Source: a virus
DNA: 64,000 nt
Direction: 5' to 3' (one strand)
IMG/VR virus record: IMGVR_UViG_3300026290_000001
This document shows positions 38,386 through 49,202 of this stretch, in pieces (within the stretch, counting starts at the first letter, position 1; the number at the start of each line of letters is the position of its first letter). The translations under genes were made by a program, and so were the position numbers. A model generated the notes under the pieces. That model was not told where the DNA came from and made no database searches. It was given only the letters and a program-made list of their open reading frames with translations.

Positions 38386-39366
38386 TTAAATTTTTAGTTC
38401 ATTTTTTAAAATTTCCTCAATATTATCAAATTCCCAATAGGGAATACGAAGCAAAATTATATTATGCTTTTTACAATATTCATTTTTTAGTTCATCATGA
38501 ATTTGTAAAGTTTCAAACTCCTTCTTGGTCATCATACCTTTAACCCATTCATAATGTTGTTTCCCGTCATATTCAATCAACATTCTTAATTGGGTTTTTT
38601 CTTTGTCCCAAAATACAGGAACATCAAATTTAAGTAAACCTCCTCCAACGCCCTTTAAATCATCAAAAGTATATTGGGTGTGATGTGGAATATCATATTT
38701 TGTAAGTAAAATATCTAATTGTTTCTCTCCTTTAGATTCTGCACACTGGGAACAACCTCTATTATTGCAACTTCTACTGAATATTTTTGCTTTCCATTCA
38801 TACCCACATTCTAAACATTTCCACCAAGCGTACTTATTACAACCATAAGTTATATCATAGGGAGTTAAATCGCCATTTTTGGTAGGATGCCACTCTAAGG
38901 TTAGGTCTGGTCTTTTAGTAGCGAGACAGTTTGATAATGTTACTTGCGCCCCTACGCAAACACCACATCCATTACCACTATAAATACCACTCCAATCAGC
39001 TAGAAAAATTTCTCCACAATCTTCTTTTAAACATCTCCATTGCATTTTAGTTTTTGCATTGCTATAATTTGTACTTATTAACTCAAAAGGTTTATTATTT
39101 AATACACACCAATTTTTCATATTTTGAATTGTGTATGGATTAGAAACATCAAATTTCATTGGATTGCTTCTTAAAAATACCGATATACTTTGAAAATAAT
39201 AATAACTATCCATATCTTTAAATGTTAATTTTGAAAGCGCATTCTTATATTTCAAATCAATCAAAATATAACCTTTTGCTAATAAAGTTTCCTTCACTAA
39301 CTCATAAGTCCATTTAGTACCACTTGTATAACCCATAAATTCCTCCTCATCCTTGTTTACAAACAA
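38386..39366 (-). CDS. homing-endonuclease-like protein: zinc-ribbon repeats plus DUF559/Vsr-like PD-(D/E)xK-type domain
   Basis: Repeated W..P..N......W.C..CG.EW zinc-ribbon motifs and C-terminal ...LRMLIEYDGKQHYEWV...LLRIPYWE motif characteristic of endonuclease-domain (DUF559-like) proteins; inserted inside head gene block. Confidence 0.5.
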   Translation of the reverse strand: MFVNKDEEEFMGYTSGTKWTYELVKETLLAKGYILIDLKYKNALSKLTFKDMDSYYYFQSISVFLRSNPMKFDVSNPYTIQNMKNWCVLNNKPFELISTNYSNAKTKMQWRCLKEDCGEIFLADWSGIYSGNGCGVCVGAQVTLSNCLATKRPDLTLEWHPTKNGDLTPYDITYGCNKYAWWKCLECGYEWKAKIFSRSCNNRGCSQCAESKGEKQLDILLTKYDIPHHTQYTFDDLKGVGGGLLKFDVPVFWDKEKTQLRMLIEYDGKQHYEWVKGMMTKKEFETLQIHDELKNEYCKKHNIILLRIPYWEFDNIEEILKNELKI

Positions 39367-39410
39367 AAATAAGGAGAGGGAAGGTTTTTATCCTTCAAAT
39401 CTCCTTTTAT
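39361..39410. terminator. terminator-like hairpin, second copy of repeated element, T/A runs on both sides
   Basis: GGAGAGGGAAGGTTTTTATCCTTCAAATCTCC flanked by A-run upstream and TTTT downstream. Confidence 0.35.
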
Positions 39411-39483
39411 ATAAAGAGGTAGTGGGAACATACCCCACCAGGAGTAACCTCCAAATCTTAATTTCTTTTAATTTTTACTCTAC

Positions 39484-40950
39484 TTACTCTTTCTTCGAAT
39501 ACTTCTCTAAAAATTCATCAACTTTACTATGATTCTCTTCAATCTTCTTACTAAAATCCAACTTCACTTTATCATTTTTATTTTTCTCTTTTGGTTTTGA
39601 AAAATTATTAGCACTCTGAATACCTAAAATCATATAACACTCTTTTTCCAAATCTTTAATTTTAAATTCAGATGCGGTTTCTTTCAATTTTTCATATTCA
39701 GGAATACCTTGAAGTTTATCATCGAATCGAGAGAAAAGATTTTGTTCGGATTCTTTGCGTTCTTCGGCAAATTTTATTGCCTGATATTCACGCAGAGCAA
39801 TTACTTCTTCTTCTAGAGCAGAATAATTGTTTCTCATAATATCAATTGCTTCTTTTTCTTCTTTTGTAAGTCTATATTGGAAAAGTTCAATTCTTTCTCC
39901 CACAAAAGATACAACATCTTCTTCCTTTTTATATCCTTGACGATATATTTTTGTACCTTCCCAATTTTCATATTCAAAACGATCATCATAAACCTGATCA
40001 ATAAAATACCATTCATTATCTTCATCTTCCACGGGAGATAATAATTGATATAAAGCATATCTTATCTCTGAATGCGAAAGTTCAAAAGATTTGATGAATT
40101 TTTCTGGTTCGTTATTATCATCGTTTTCTGAATCTAAATCATTGGTAGAATACAATTCTTTTAATTTCTCCTCGATTTCCTCAAATTGCATCTCTTCTAT
40201 ATTAAAAGGTAATTCTTCTAAAGTTACCTTATATTCAGAAAGCAAAGCAATTATCTTTTCATCCACATTACTACCTCCTTTTTCAGTTTTATCTATATCA
40301 TAATTAGAAAGAGTATTTTTTAACTCTTCCATCATTAAGATAAACTTTTGTTTTGTATATTCTTCAAATGTTCCAGTAGTACCCAAAGCATTTTCCATAC
40401 CAGTACCAGAATCTTTATTTAAAAATGTAATACCTTGATATCTATAATCAGTTATATTAAACACCTTATCTTTTGCATTAAAAGTATATCCATCAATAAT
40501 AATTTCCATAGATAATTTTATATTTTCATCTCTTTCAATTATATCTTCTGCATAATTTGAGTACTCACGCCAAATATATGCATCCACAAAAACATAATTT
40601 TTGCCATTAAATTCTTTTATTTCATGATTACAATTTTCTGGCACAAGCCCAATTGGGGTTTCCTGAAATATTACTTTATATTCTCCTTCTTTTATCTTGT
40701 TGGGTTCTAAAGTCATATCATGGCCACCAAATTGAGGTTGTCCATCTTCATCAAAAATTACATTTGCAAGAATTGGAATGTTTTTTATAGAATCTTTTGC
40801 ATTTTCCATATCTGACACTATAAAATTACTCTTATTTGGGTTCACGCCATCATGACACACCCTTAATCGCATTTTTATAAATTTTTCAGAATCAAAAGAT
40901 TCATCCACTTCATATGTGGTAGCAAGTGAAAGATGTTGCAATTCATTCAA
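39484..40950 (-). CDS. putative prohead protease/scaffold protein
   Basis: 488 aa, acidic coiled-coil C-terminal half, position between portal and capsid. Confidence 0.3.
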   Translation of the reverse strand: MNELQHLSLATTYEVDESFDSEKFIKMRLRVCHDGVNPNKSNFIVSDMENAKDSIKNIPILANVIFDEDGQPQFGGHDMTLEPNKIKEGEYKVIFQETPIGLVPENCNHEIKEFNGKNYVFVDAYIWREYSNYAEDIIERDENIKLSMEIIIDGYTFNAKDKVFNITDYRYQGITFLNKDSGTGMENALGTTGTFEEYTKQKFILMMEELKNTLSNYDIDKTEKGGSNVDEKIIALLSEYKVTLEELPFNIEEMQFEEIEEKLKELYSTNDLDSENDDNNEPEKFIKSFELSHSEIRYALYQLLSPVEDEDNEWYFIDQVYDDRFEYENWEGTKIYRQGYKKEEDVVSFVGERIELFQYRLTKEEKEAIDIMRNNYSALEEEVIALREYQAIKFAEERKESEQNLFSRFDDKLQGIPEYEKLKETASEFKIKDLEKECYMILGIQSANNFSKPKEKNKNDKVKLDFSKKIEENHSKVDEFLEKYSKKE

Positions 40951-41181
40951 TACTTAATCACCACCTTTACTAAAAAATCATTTTATTACTAAAAATAAAT
41001 TGCTTCTTATCTAGTTGATTGAAATCAAATGATATAGAAGAAGAATTCTCAAAAATAAATAAACTATCGGTAGAAACCAATAGTTTAAATCCATTTTGCA
41101 ACAATTTATTTTTTAGTTCTTGATTAAAACAGTGAATAAACTTCACATTAGGATACCTCCTTCTTTAAATTAAATATTTAA

Positions 41182-42708
41182 TTATGTCCTATTATCAGGA
41201 TTATTACTATCAACCACCTGACCTGCTTCTGTTGATCCTTCTATATTATCCCCCTTACTTTTTGCCCCACCTTTATTAGAATCCTGATAAGCTGATTTAA
41301 GTGGCACAAATTTATCCGTAATTTTCATCACATCATTTTCAAGTAGTATCGAATTCATCACATCAGAAGGAGATAGTCCCAAAGACGCACAATAATGACG
41401 TTTTACTGGAAGTCCAACTGTACTTGCTTCTCTATACATAGTTGCTAATTCATTTTTGTTATATCTTGTAATGTCCAAGAAAGTAACCTTGAAATTTATT
41501 TTTTTATTTTCATCTTTCAATCTGCGATTTATCCATCTCTCAAATTGCCGTAATAATTGAAATACAGTTGCTTCATCACTCATAATGGCTTTGTTCAAGG
41601 CGGCACCAGATGCTTTATCACTATTAAAAATAAGTTTTGGTACACCAGCCGAATTATAAATTGAATTCTCTGCCAAACTTACTCCATCTAACTCTCTTTC
41701 ACTTTTATTAAGTTTAATGGATTCTACGGAATCAAAAGGGGATAATGCGATTCCGATTTGATTAGGTAAATTACTACCCATAAGCTGATAGTACTCTTTG
41801 GCAATATCTAAACTTAAGGCGAAATTATTGGCAGAATCATCACTTTTGTTATATGGAATCTTAGCAATAAGTAGTAAATAGTTTTCTAATTCAGTTTTAG
41901 ACATCTGAATATCCTTATACTCATAAAGTGAATAAATATCTTCAAATATTCCCGCCAAAGGTGGTATAGAATAATCGGTGTTAGATATTTTAATGCAAAT
42001 AGTTTTACTAGAATCTAACTCTTGCCATTTCATATTCTTTCTATCTTTTTTATAAATTTCATATTTTTCTCTAAATTCAGGAGCATACCTTTCTAAATCT
42101 TTTGGATAGGTGTCAAAATAATTGAACGAAAAACTGTAATTGTAGCACCCATCCTCAATACTACTTATAGCACAATAATCAGGGTTTAATAAATCAAAAA
42201 AGAAAGAATTTTTAGTTGAATAAATATACCCATACGCAACATCATCTATAAATGCCCTATATGTTAATTTTGAAAATTCATGTTTAATATTCATTGTTTC
42301 TAATAAATTTAATGTTGTTATATATTTTTTTTCTATTGTTGTAATTAAATCTTTAGTAATTTCATAATCAGTTTGGTTATATATATCTACCACATAATCA
42401 AAAGTTAACATTGTGGAAAAATAATCAATTAATCTTCTATAATGAGAAGAACTATCTAACAAAAACCTTGATAAATCTCTTAGTTTCTTTTCATATTTAT
42501 GAGGATTTGCTAACCATGCAATTACATCATTTTTTGAAAATGTTTTATTAAAAGTAGAATTTGGTTGAGTATTATTTAAATCTTTTTTTATGTATTTTGC
42601 AAACTCAGCAAAATGAAGCATCATACGTTGAAACTGCATATCTTCTTTACTTAATGGTACATCGGTTTTAATAATTTCTTCTTTAATATCTGTTTTAGTA
42701 TCTGTCAA
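41182..42708 (-). CDS. putative portal protein
   Basis: 508 aa, directly downstream of large terminase, acidic C-terminus. Confidence 0.45.
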   Translation of the reverse strand: MTDTKTDIKEEIIKTDVPLSKEDMQFQRMMLHFAEFAKYIKKDLNNTQPNSTFNKTFSKNDVIAWLANPHKYEKKLRDLSRFLLDSSSHYRRLIDYFSTMLTFDYVVDIYNQTDYEITKDLITTIEKKYITTLNLLETMNIKHEFSKLTYRAFIDDVAYGYIYSTKNSFFFDLLNPDYCAISSIEDGCYNYSFSFNYFDTYPKDLERYAPEFREKYEIYKKDRKNMKWQELDSSKTICIKISNTDYSIPPLAGIFEDIYSLYEYKDIQMSKTELENYLLLIAKIPYNKSDDSANNFALSLDIAKEYYQLMGSNLPNQIGIALSPFDSVESIKLNKSERELDGVSLAENSIYNSAGVPKLIFNSDKASGAALNKAIMSDEATVFQLLRQFERWINRRLKDENKKINFKVTFLDITRYNKNELATMYREASTVGLPVKRHYCASLGLSPSDVMNSILLENDVMKITDKFVPLKSAYQDSNKGGAKSKGDNIEGSTEAGQVVDSNNPDNRT

Positions 42709-42795
42709 TAAAATTACACCACCTTTCTATGTGAAATTTATATTTATGTTTATTGATTTGTTATTTATATAATTAATTATATTTTTATTTTGTTA

Positions 42796-44670
42796 TTATC
42801 GTTTGCGAATTTGGGGTTTTTTAAATTGAAATAATTCTTGGACATTAATATCGTTGTTGGTTTTTCTTTGTGTAATATGTTTTCTTCTTAATTGTTGCAA
42901 ATACCATGCTAACATGGCAATGCAATATGCACGGTCATCGTGCATGATTCTTTCTTTATCAGGTGGAAGATTATATCTATATCCACCATTAGGACTATCA
43001 AATCTATAAATATTTACCAATTCTTCTTTTGCCAAATCAATATTTTTTAATGCTAATTCTTCATCAAAAGATAATTTATGTATTTTTTGACTAGATTGAA
43101 TATCTTTCTTTTTATTTTTATTATCATCTTCATATTCTACTTCCTGATTCTCAAATAAAGAAATATATCCCTTCATATCATACTCTTCTGTAAATGATAT
43201 TAAATCTAATCCCAACATTTCAACTAATGCATCAAACATTTCATTTTTATATTTTTTAGGACTCATTAATTTTAATTTATCTACTGCATTTGGAAATTTA
43301 GTAATATAATCAGCAGATTCTATTTTATCAATCAACCCTTTATGTGGATTGCCTTGTTGATCAATCCAATCCTCCATAAGATAGTCTGCAATATTTACGC
43401 CAGCACCGCCAGCACCCGAATCAATGAGAATTGCTTCAATATTTTCATAATCAGCACATTGTTTTCCATTGTAATCTAAAATCATTTGTTTTAAATATGC
43501 AATTTGTTCTGGTGTTCTCATTGGTGTTTTTTTCTTCTTACCAATGTCTACAAAACTAACACCATTGCAAATTCTCATTTTATATCCAACTTGTTCATCA
43601 AAATAAATTTCACCAACTAAAGATACCGAATTATCATAACTCCTAGCAGGATCATATCCTATCACAAACTTACTATTATCAGTGTTATATAAAATAGGAG
43701 GTCTAACTTCACTATTTCTAATTATAACTGATCTTTTAATTGCCTGATTTTCTCCGCCTTCATTAGAAAATTTATTATAATACTCTCTTAAGGCTTTAAT
43801 TTTATTCTTTTTCATAGCATCTTCTACAACTTCTTTTTTCAACAAAGATGGGTAAACCTTACCATTATAAGTAGAATTAAATACAATTTCTACATTTATA
43901 TCTGCAACAAAATAATTTTTATTACCTAAAAACATCTCTTTGGCATAATCTCTATATACCTTGTAAAAATATGTGTCCGTACCAGATGCTGAAGATGCAA
44001 ATATTGCTTGGTTAGGAAACTCTTTAGGTAATAAATCTAAGTTTATATCTCCACCTAATTTAAAGTTACTATCTTGTGTAATAAAGGGTAGGGAAGTAAT
44101 AAACAATTCTTCTGGTGCAAAACCACTTTCATCATAAATATTTAAATTACTTCTTTTACTTCTATTATGATCAAAAGCACCATTTAGTGAATTTAAAGCA
44201 CTTCCATTATAAAGTTTATATTGAAATGAAGAAGGATTATGTGTAAATCCATCAGTATCAGACCTACTTTTAACTGTTTCATTATAAAAAACATCTGTTA
44301 ATCCAGTAAAAGAAGCAATTTCTCTTTTTGCTATTTTTTCTATTTTCATAAATGCTTCTTGTGCTTGACTACCAACTCCACTCATTACATATGCTTGAAA
44401 ATTAGATATTAAATTAGTCTTTGCCATTGCAAAAGGTGCAATCATTGTAGTTTTACCACTACCCCTACTCTGACACCATACACAAAAAGGAGTTGTCCAA
44501 CTCATCATAAAAACATACTTTTGACTATCTAAAAAATCAATTCCATAGAAACGTTCACAAAAACGAATGGGGTATTGCCTCCCCCATTGTACAATTTGTA
44601 CTAAACGCATATATCCTTCTAATTTTCTTTGAGACATTTCTTGTTTTGTTTTTTGAATAATATATTCCAT
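42796..44670 (-). CDS. terminase large subunit
   Basis: 624 aa; N-terminal ATPase Walker A CQSRGSGKTT; size and position typical. Confidence 0.8.
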   Translation of the reverse strand: MEYIIQKTKQEMSQRKLEGYMRLVQIVQWGRQYPIRFCERFYGIDFLDSQKYVFMMSWTTPFCVWCQSRGSGKTTMIAPFAMAKTNLISNFQAYVMSGVGSQAQEAFMKIEKIAKREIASFTGLTDVFYNETVKSRSDTDGFTHNPSSFQYKLYNGSALNSLNGAFDHNRSKRSNLNIYDESGFAPEELFITSLPFITQDSNFKLGGDINLDLLPKEFPNQAIFASSASGTDTYFYKVYRDYAKEMFLGNKNYFVADINVEIVFNSTYNGKVYPSLLKKEVVEDAMKKNKIKALREYYNKFSNEGGENQAIKRSVIIRNSEVRPPILYNTDNSKFVIGYDPARSYDNSVSLVGEIYFDEQVGYKMRICNGVSFVDIGKKKKTPMRTPEQIAYLKQMILDYNGKQCADYENIEAILIDSGAGGAGVNIADYLMEDWIDQQGNPHKGLIDKIESADYITKFPNAVDKLKLMSPKKYKNEMFDALVEMLGLDLISFTEEYDMKGYISLFENQEVEYEDDNKNKKKDIQSSQKIHKLSFDEELALKNIDLAKEELVNIYRFDSPNGGYRYNLPPDKERIMHDDRAYCIAMLAWYLQQLRRKHITQRKTNNDINVQELFQFKKPQIRKR

Positions 44671-44678
44671 TAATTATT

Positions 44679-45833
44679 TCACACCTTTAAATCACCTTCA
44701 TAATTATATATTTTTGTTTTTAATAATCTATTTTCTTCTTCTAATTTATCATTAGACTCGGTAAGATTTAAAATCATTTCACGTTGCTTAGTAATCATTT
44801 CAGTATAATCATTTTCGTCAAATATTAATTGTTCAATAATACTTTTATTGCTTATATCAGCAACTTGCTTTATACCCTTGCAAGTTTCTATATCAAATAA
44901 ATTAACTTCTGAACCTGGTATTTTTTTTTCATGCAAATCTTTAATTATTCCTGATAATGTACCTGCTCCTTTTGATTTATTAGTTGCATGATTTACTGAT
45001 ATACCATTATCTTTAGCCAATGCTAATAATGAACGATACATCTTATCTTTTGCTTCAAATAATGATTTAACTCCACCTACAGAATTTGCAACATTATTAA
45101 CATCTGCTGTCATAATTGCTAACGCTTGATTAATTTTATCTATTTGATTAAAACTTTTAACTATTTCTATGACGGTTGGCAGTTTGAACGAATCCTCAAG
45201 TGTGCTTTCGTCAAGAAAATCAACTAAAGTATTATAAAGATATTTTTTATCCATAGGGTTTTCATTCTCAAATGGATCATAACCAACCATACGAATTACA
45301 TCTTCTTTATTTCTTTTATCCAACTCATTAGTATCTAAATCAATTTCCGTTTGAAATATATTTGGATCAACATTTGTATCTAATGGTACAGATTCAGAAA
45401 ATGTTTTTGATTTCCATTGTGGTAAACTATTAATTTTTTGAAAGTAGATTTGAGCTATATTACTATTACTGTTACTTGCTTGTTGTTCAGCAGTTAAATA
45501 TACCGATGAATCAAAATAATAATCTAATAATCTACATAAAAAATATAATGCCACTTTACAATCATCATGTTTTTCAACAAGATAAGCATATAAATCAATT
45601 ACACATTGTTTACAAATGACTGTACGTTGGTTATTCCCCTTTAATATTATAGAATTTGACAAATAGTAGTTTCTTTCTTGCTCTTTTTCTTCTCCACAAC
45701 AAACGCATTTAAACATAATTTTTTCTTTTTTTTCTTGTGGTACTTTTTTAGTACCAGATTTTACTTTAGGAATAAGTACCACTCCTTTTATCCTTTGATC
45801 TAAAATAAATTTTCCCAATTCAATACACAACAA
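44679..45833 (-). CDS. hypothetical zinc-finger protein (terminase small subunit candidate by position)
   Basis: 384 aa, CVCCGEEK...CKQC motif, immediately upstream of large terminase. Confidence 0.3.
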   Translation of the reverse strand: MLCIELGKFILDQRIKGVVLIPKVKSGTKKVPQEKKEKIMFKCVCCGEEKEQERNYYLSNSIILKGNNQRTVICKQCVIDLYAYLVEKHDDCKVALYFLCRLLDYYFDSSVYLTAEQQASNSNSNIAQIYFQKINSLPQWKSKTFSESVPLDTNVDPNIFQTEIDLDTNELDKRNKEDVIRMVGYDPFENENPMDKKYLYNTLVDFLDESTLEDSFKLPTVIEIVKSFNQIDKINQALAIMTADVNNVANSVGGVKSLFEAKDKMYRSLLALAKDNGISVNHATNKSKGAGTLSGIIKDLHEKKIPGSEVNLFDIETCKGIKQVADISNKSIIEQLIFDENDYTEMITKQREMILNLTESNDKLEEENRLLKTKIYNYEGDLKV

Positions 45834-45897
45834 AACACTTTCAAAATCCCAATAGAGTAGGGAAGTGAAAGTGTTTAATGTAAATTGAATTATTTAT

Positions 45898-46206
45898 TTA
45901 ATTATCTTCCAAACTTTCTATTACAATATGATCTACCATCGTCTCAAAGAAAGATTCAAGAACGTCATGTACGCACCCAGGGCATATTTGACCATCGGCA
46001 AGTTCATAAATCATTTCAACATATCTATCTATGGTACAATTCACACAATCACAACCATCGTCTTCATCATCATAATCACTAAAATTCAATTCTTCAAACA
46101 TTTCATCAAAATCATTTTCACTACATGGTTCATCATTAATAGCATACCTAGAACCTACAAATTCTCCTGTACGATCATCATAATATTCGTCAATACTTAA
46201 TTTCAT
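45898..46206 (-). CDS. hypothetical acidic protein with Cys motifs
   Basis: 102 aa, highly acidic, CDC..C and C..C motifs. Confidence 0.3.
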   Translation of the reverse strand: MKLSIDEYYDDRTGEFVGSRYAINDEPCSENDFDEMFEELNFSDYDDEDDGCDCVNCTIDRYVEMIYELADGQICPGCVHDVLESFFETMVDHIVIESLEDN

Positions 46207-46258
46207 AAATTAATCTCCTTTAATTCATTTATATTTATTTTAATAATTTAATTAAAAT

Positions 46259-47227
46259 TTAAATTGGTATCAACATCAACTTAGTTTTATCATAAATTAA
46301 TTCACCATTGTCATTCTGACACACATATATAAATCCTTGCTGTTGTGGTACAGTTAATAATCCATCGGTATAATCCATTGCTTCTGTTTCACAACAACAA
46401 CCTTGTTCATACATATATATATCACCTTGAATATAAGAACCAAGTTTATGAGTGTGGGCTAATATAATTGAATCAAAATCCCTATCAATCCTAAAAAAAT
46501 AATCAATAGCTTTTTCAGTAGTTTTTAACATTCCATTTGAAGATGTTCTAGGATGTGCAAACCATGTTTTCCCTATTTTACATTTCCAATCTTTTGTATA
46601 TTCAATATCAATATCAAAAACATTTTTAATAGGTTCATACCAAATTTCTGTTTTTTGCCTTTTATCATAATTTTTAAAACCATTATCAATAATCATATCT
46701 AAAGAAGTATCAGGCATTAATTGAAGTAAATCATCGTGTATTTTATCACTAAAATATTTTTGTAATCTCAATTCATGATTCCCATAATTTAAAATCACTT
46801 TCTTTGGTTTTAAATATTCAATTAAATCAATTATGTATTGCCTAGTTTCAATCATTTCTTCAACAAAATTAACTCTATATTTTTTACTAAATTTACTAAT
46901 TGATTGACAATCAGATATGTCTCCATTTAACTGTAAAACGTCAACTTTATTTATATATTCTCTAAAAGTTTTTACTGGAAGTTGAAATGGAACGTGAGTG
47001 TCAGATATTGATAAAATTCTAGTAGCAACACCATTGCTTTTAAGATAGTTGTCATACTCAATTAAACCATAAGCAGTTTTTCTTAAATGATCTGCACTAC
47101 AATCTAACTTTAATAAATCAACAATTTCTTGCCATTCAATATCATATTTTTCTATAAGTTTTAATTTGCATAATCTTAATTTCCATTCAAAACCCGATTC
47201 TGAATCTTTCTTATTTAAAAATTCCAT
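46259..47227 (-). CDS. calcineurin-like metallophosphoesterase
   Basis: Motifs SISDTHVPF, NGDISD, NYGNHE, LAHTHK match metallophosphatase signature D-x-H / GD / GNHE / H-x-H. Confidence 0.6.
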   Translation of the reverse strand: MEFLNKKDSESGFEWKLRLCKLKLIEKYDIEWQEIVDLLKLDCSADHLRKTAYGLIEYDNYLKSNGVATRILSISDTHVPFQLPVKTFREYINKVDVLQLNGDISDCQSISKFSKKYRVNFVEEMIETRQYIIDLIEYLKPKKVILNYGNHELRLQKYFSDKIHDDLLQLMPDTSLDMIIDNGFKNYDKRQKTEIWYEPIKNVFDIDIEYTKDWKCKIGKTWFAHPRTSSNGMLKTTEKAIDYFFRIDRDFDSIILAHTHKLGSYIQGDIYMYEQGCCCETEAMDYTDGLLTVPQQQGFIYVCQNDNGELIYDKTKLMLIPI

Positions 47228-47255
47228 AAGACCTCCTTTAATTCAAAGGTTAATT

Positions 47256-47331
47256 TGGAGCCGAGTATAGGATTTGAACCCATAATCTGTTGTTTACAAG
47301 ACAACTGCCTTATCAATTTGGCTAACCCGGC
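47256..47331 (-). tRNA. tRNA-Thr (anticodon UGU), CCA encoded
   Basis: Minus-strand 76 nt: acceptor GCCGGGU/ACUCGGC, anticodon stem GUUGU/ACAAC with loop CUUGUAA, T-arm AUGGG-UUCAAAU-CCUAU, discriminator U + CCA. Confidence 0.75.
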
Positions 47332-47533
47332 AAATTAGAAAGTTGGTATCTGCCTAACTTAATAGGTCAAATCCCACTTTCTTTGTTATTAATATTAATT
47401 CAGTCGGCGTAAAGCCTTTATAATAAAATTCAAACTTTAGTAGATTGGCACTCGCTATATCTCTTCAAAGAGCATAATTTTAATAGTTTGATAGCTGTCC
47501 ATTCTACCCTCAAAGTTTAAATTTATTAATATA

Positions 47534-47920
47534 TTATTCTTTTTCAATCAAAATCTTTTTCTTTTCAGGTCTATCTAAAATTAAAGTAATAAAAGTTAAA
47601 CCATTTTTACTTTTAACTTTTATTTTTTCAATCTCATTCATAATACTATCAGCAATGGGTAATTCAAAATATGTGTCATAAGTATATCCTTCAACCTCAG
47701 TTGAACCACTTACTTTCAGGCCAAAGTTTGTTTCTTCAACCTTTACATCACTAGGATCAATACCAATCGTTTTACAAACACACATATAGGTTTTATCGTC
47801 TTTTTTGCTCCAGTATGTAGGAAGCATGTCCTTCACAATTGAATTAAAAACTAATTTTCTAGGCTTTCCAAAACCTAAAGTAAATAAATCCTCAAAAACA
47901 TCATCAAAAATCCTACTCAT
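47534..47920 (-). CDS. Hsp20-family (alpha-crystallin-like) small heat-shock protein candidate
   Basis: 128 aa; pattern GIDPSDVKVEE..L.V.G...F.LP......IEKI.VKSKNGL..I.L resembles the alpha-crystallin domain. Confidence 0.4.
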   Translation of the reverse strand: MSRIFDDVFEDLFTLGFGKPRKLVFNSIVKDMLPTYWSKKDDKTYMCVCKTIGIDPSDVKVEETNFGLKVSGSTEVEGYTYDTYFELPIADSIMNEIEKIKVKSKNGLTFITLILDRPEKKKILIEKE

Positions 47921-48017
47921 AAAAATTCCTCCTTAAAATAATTTTAAAAAATATTGATAAAGTGGAATACCACATTTATCCTAAAAAATAAATAATAAAA
48001 TAATTTTAATTTTTATA

Positions 48018-48227
48018 TTAATAACCTAAAAAATATTCCTCCTCATCTATTTTAAATTCTTCTCCATTTTTAATTGCTAAATATTTTTTAAATTTAAACT
48101 CATCCACATATTTCTTTTTTCGCTTGCTTTTCTTTTTTACACTTGTAGTTACCCAATTTTTATTTGTTTCTTTAAGGATACCTAAATCTATCATTTCCTG
48201 AAATTGTGCTTTTGTTATTTGGATCAA
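48018..48227 (-). CDS. hypothetical small basic protein
   Basis: 69-aa ORF, Lys-rich. Confidence 0.25.
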   Translation of the reverse strand: MIQITKAQFQEMIDLGILKETNKNWVTTSVKKKSKRKKKYVDEFKFKKYLAIKNGEEFKIDEEEYFLGY

Positions 48228-48380
48228 AGTTAATCTATAACTCCTTTATTATTTATTGTAATAAAAAATAAAAACTAATAAACATATCGACCAAATATTT
48301 ATTAGCAATATTTATATTGATACTATATTCATTACATACAAATACTTATTTTTTTAAATAGTGTTGATATATTGGGATTG

Positions 48381-49202
48381 TTAAGGATTTTCTATTACTT
48401 TAGCAGGTCTATATTTATCTTTATAATTATGCCATGCTTTTCTCTGCCATTCTAATTGTTTTTCCCTCCAACAACTCCTACAAAATTTTCTTCTATTAGA
48501 TGTTGCTTTTATTAATTTTCCACATTCATTACAATTAATAATTTTTGGATTACCATTATACAAATCAAAGTAATATCCAATATTATCAAAGGTAGTTATT
48601 TCAAAAACTACTATTCCATTTTCCTTGATATTATTCATAAATATAAGATGAATTTTCCCCTTCATTCTAACATCAACCAATCCTAAAATCTCTAATTCAT
48701 TAATTATGGCATTTATTTTATACTCATTATTAGATATTTTAGACACTTCTAATATCTCATTATATGTATTTTGATTACCACTTATATAATTATATTTTAA
48801 AACATTTCCGTATTTTAATTTATGTATTTCTTTATATATCTTCATTTCTACTAACAAAACAAACAGAATTTTTTTATAATTATACTCTATATCTAAATTA
48901 TTAATGTATTCAATTTCTTCGTTTGTTATAGGAATACTATCAATAATTATTAAAGGGTTATCTTTTCTACCTCCTTTTTTGAGTGCAGTATTAATTTGTT
49001 TGAAATATAAAACATCATTGAAATTAACTATATACTTCTTGCAAAATTCATATAATTTTTCTTTTCGTTGTTTAGGTTTTATGCCAAGTTTTTTCCAATA
49101 TTTAACTAACAAAACCAATTCATAATTATGACGTTCAGTTAAAAATCCATGTTGTTCAATTTGTTTTGCATATTCTTCTTCATTGTATTTTTCTTGAATC
49201 AA
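48381..49202 (-). CDS. hypothetical protein with C-terminal zinc ribbon
   Basis: 273 aa; C-terminal CNECGK...CRSC motif; translationally coupled to upstream 934-aa gene. Confidence 0.3.
   Translation of the reverse strand: MIQEKYNEEEYAKQIEQHGFLTERHNYELVLLVKYWKKLGIKPKQRKEKLYEFCKKYIVNFNDVLYFKQINTALKKGGRKDNPLIIIDSIPITNEEIEYINNLDIEYNYKKILFVLLVEMKIYKEIHKLKYGNVLKYNYISGNQNTYNEILEVSKISNNEYKINAIINELEILGLVDVRMKGKIHLIFMNNIKENGIVVFEITTFDNIGYYFDLYNGNPKIINCNECGKLIKATSNRRKFCRSCWREKQLEWQRKAWHNYKDKYRPAKVIENP

Noticed and set aside
39834-40058. 74-aa minus-strand ORF internal to 39484-40950
   Set aside because: Fully nested in another frame of a longer ORF; Lys/Ile-rich low-complexity translation
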